Shown: positions 14,388-14,576 of the stretch, one piece after another
Numbering within the stretch: position 1 is the stretch's first letter
How the letters are laid out: each line of letters starts with the position of its first letter
Origin: Candidatus Thorarchaeota archaeon
Lineage (GTDB): Archaea; Asgardarchaeota; Thorarchaeia; Thorarchaeales; Thorarchaeaceae
Assembly: GCA_038893995.1 (NCBI GenBank)
Contig: JAWAQK010000055.1
Location: 1 to 14,576 of the forward strand
Direction of reading: 5' to 3'
DNA length: 14,576 bases
Made by a program: the position numbers and the translations under genes
Notes under the pieces: model-generated
What the model was told of the DNA's origin: nothing
Seen by the model: only the letters and a program-made list of their open reading frames with translations
Database searches by the model: none

Positions 14388-14576
14388 TCAGAGATCTAGA
14401 GTGAACCAGATTGTTGTTCGGTCAGACTTCATCTCAATCTTTAGATTCGCATATGTCATTGCCTTGACCTCCGTTTTGGTGACATGACGTTCATGGTCTA
14501 TGGATTCGCCCCACACATTGGCCTTCAGGTACCAACCCTCGTGATCCTCTGCAATCTCAACCACCTCAAATCTTGA
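14388..14576 (-). CDS. Archease (C-terminal 62 aa; 5' end outside the window)
   Basis: Manual translation ...WYLKANVWGESIDHERHVTKTEVKAMTYANLKIEMKSDRTTIWFTLDL*: WGE..D...H...EVKAxTY motif and terminal D-hydrophobic residue of archease. Confidence 0.9.
   Translation of the reverse strand, partial: SRFEVVEIAEDHEGWYLKANVWGESIDHERHVTKTEVKAMTYANLKIEMKSDRTTIWFTLDL

Noticed and set aside
1-14576. CRISPR arrays, tRNA/rRNA, transposases or integrases
   Set aside because: No regularly spaced repeats, cloverleaf/rRNA signatures or mobile-element ORFs seen; the window is almost fully explained by coding genes.

Overview
Archaeal chromosomal window with strong GGAGGTG-type Shine-Dalgarno (SD) sites. The co-occurrence of an SmAP3-type Lsm gene, cdrS-ftsZ2 and eukaryote-leaning uL3/archease motifs suggests an Asgard-like lineage (inference). 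The right half is housekeeping: archease (partial), a SPOUT RNA methyltransferase, rpl3-rpl4-rpl23-rpl2, then a hairpin, an unlisted 57-aa ribbon-helix-helix gene (cdrS-like) and ftsZ (FtsZ2-type), converging on the SmAP3/Lsm gene. The left half is a tightly coupled minus-strand cluster: hdrC-hdrB-hdrA'(420 aa)-hdrA''::mvhD(718 aa)-a 758-aa protein-acyl-CoA dehydrogenase (partial). This cluster is the best candidate for an undescribed system. HdrA is divided into two complementary paralogs with substitutions at the flavin-bifurcation residues, and no hydrogenase or formate dehydrogenase partner is encoded in the window. The 758-aa protein looks like a 2[4Fe-4S] ferredoxin carrying a ~590-aa helical insert with two winged-helix modules.
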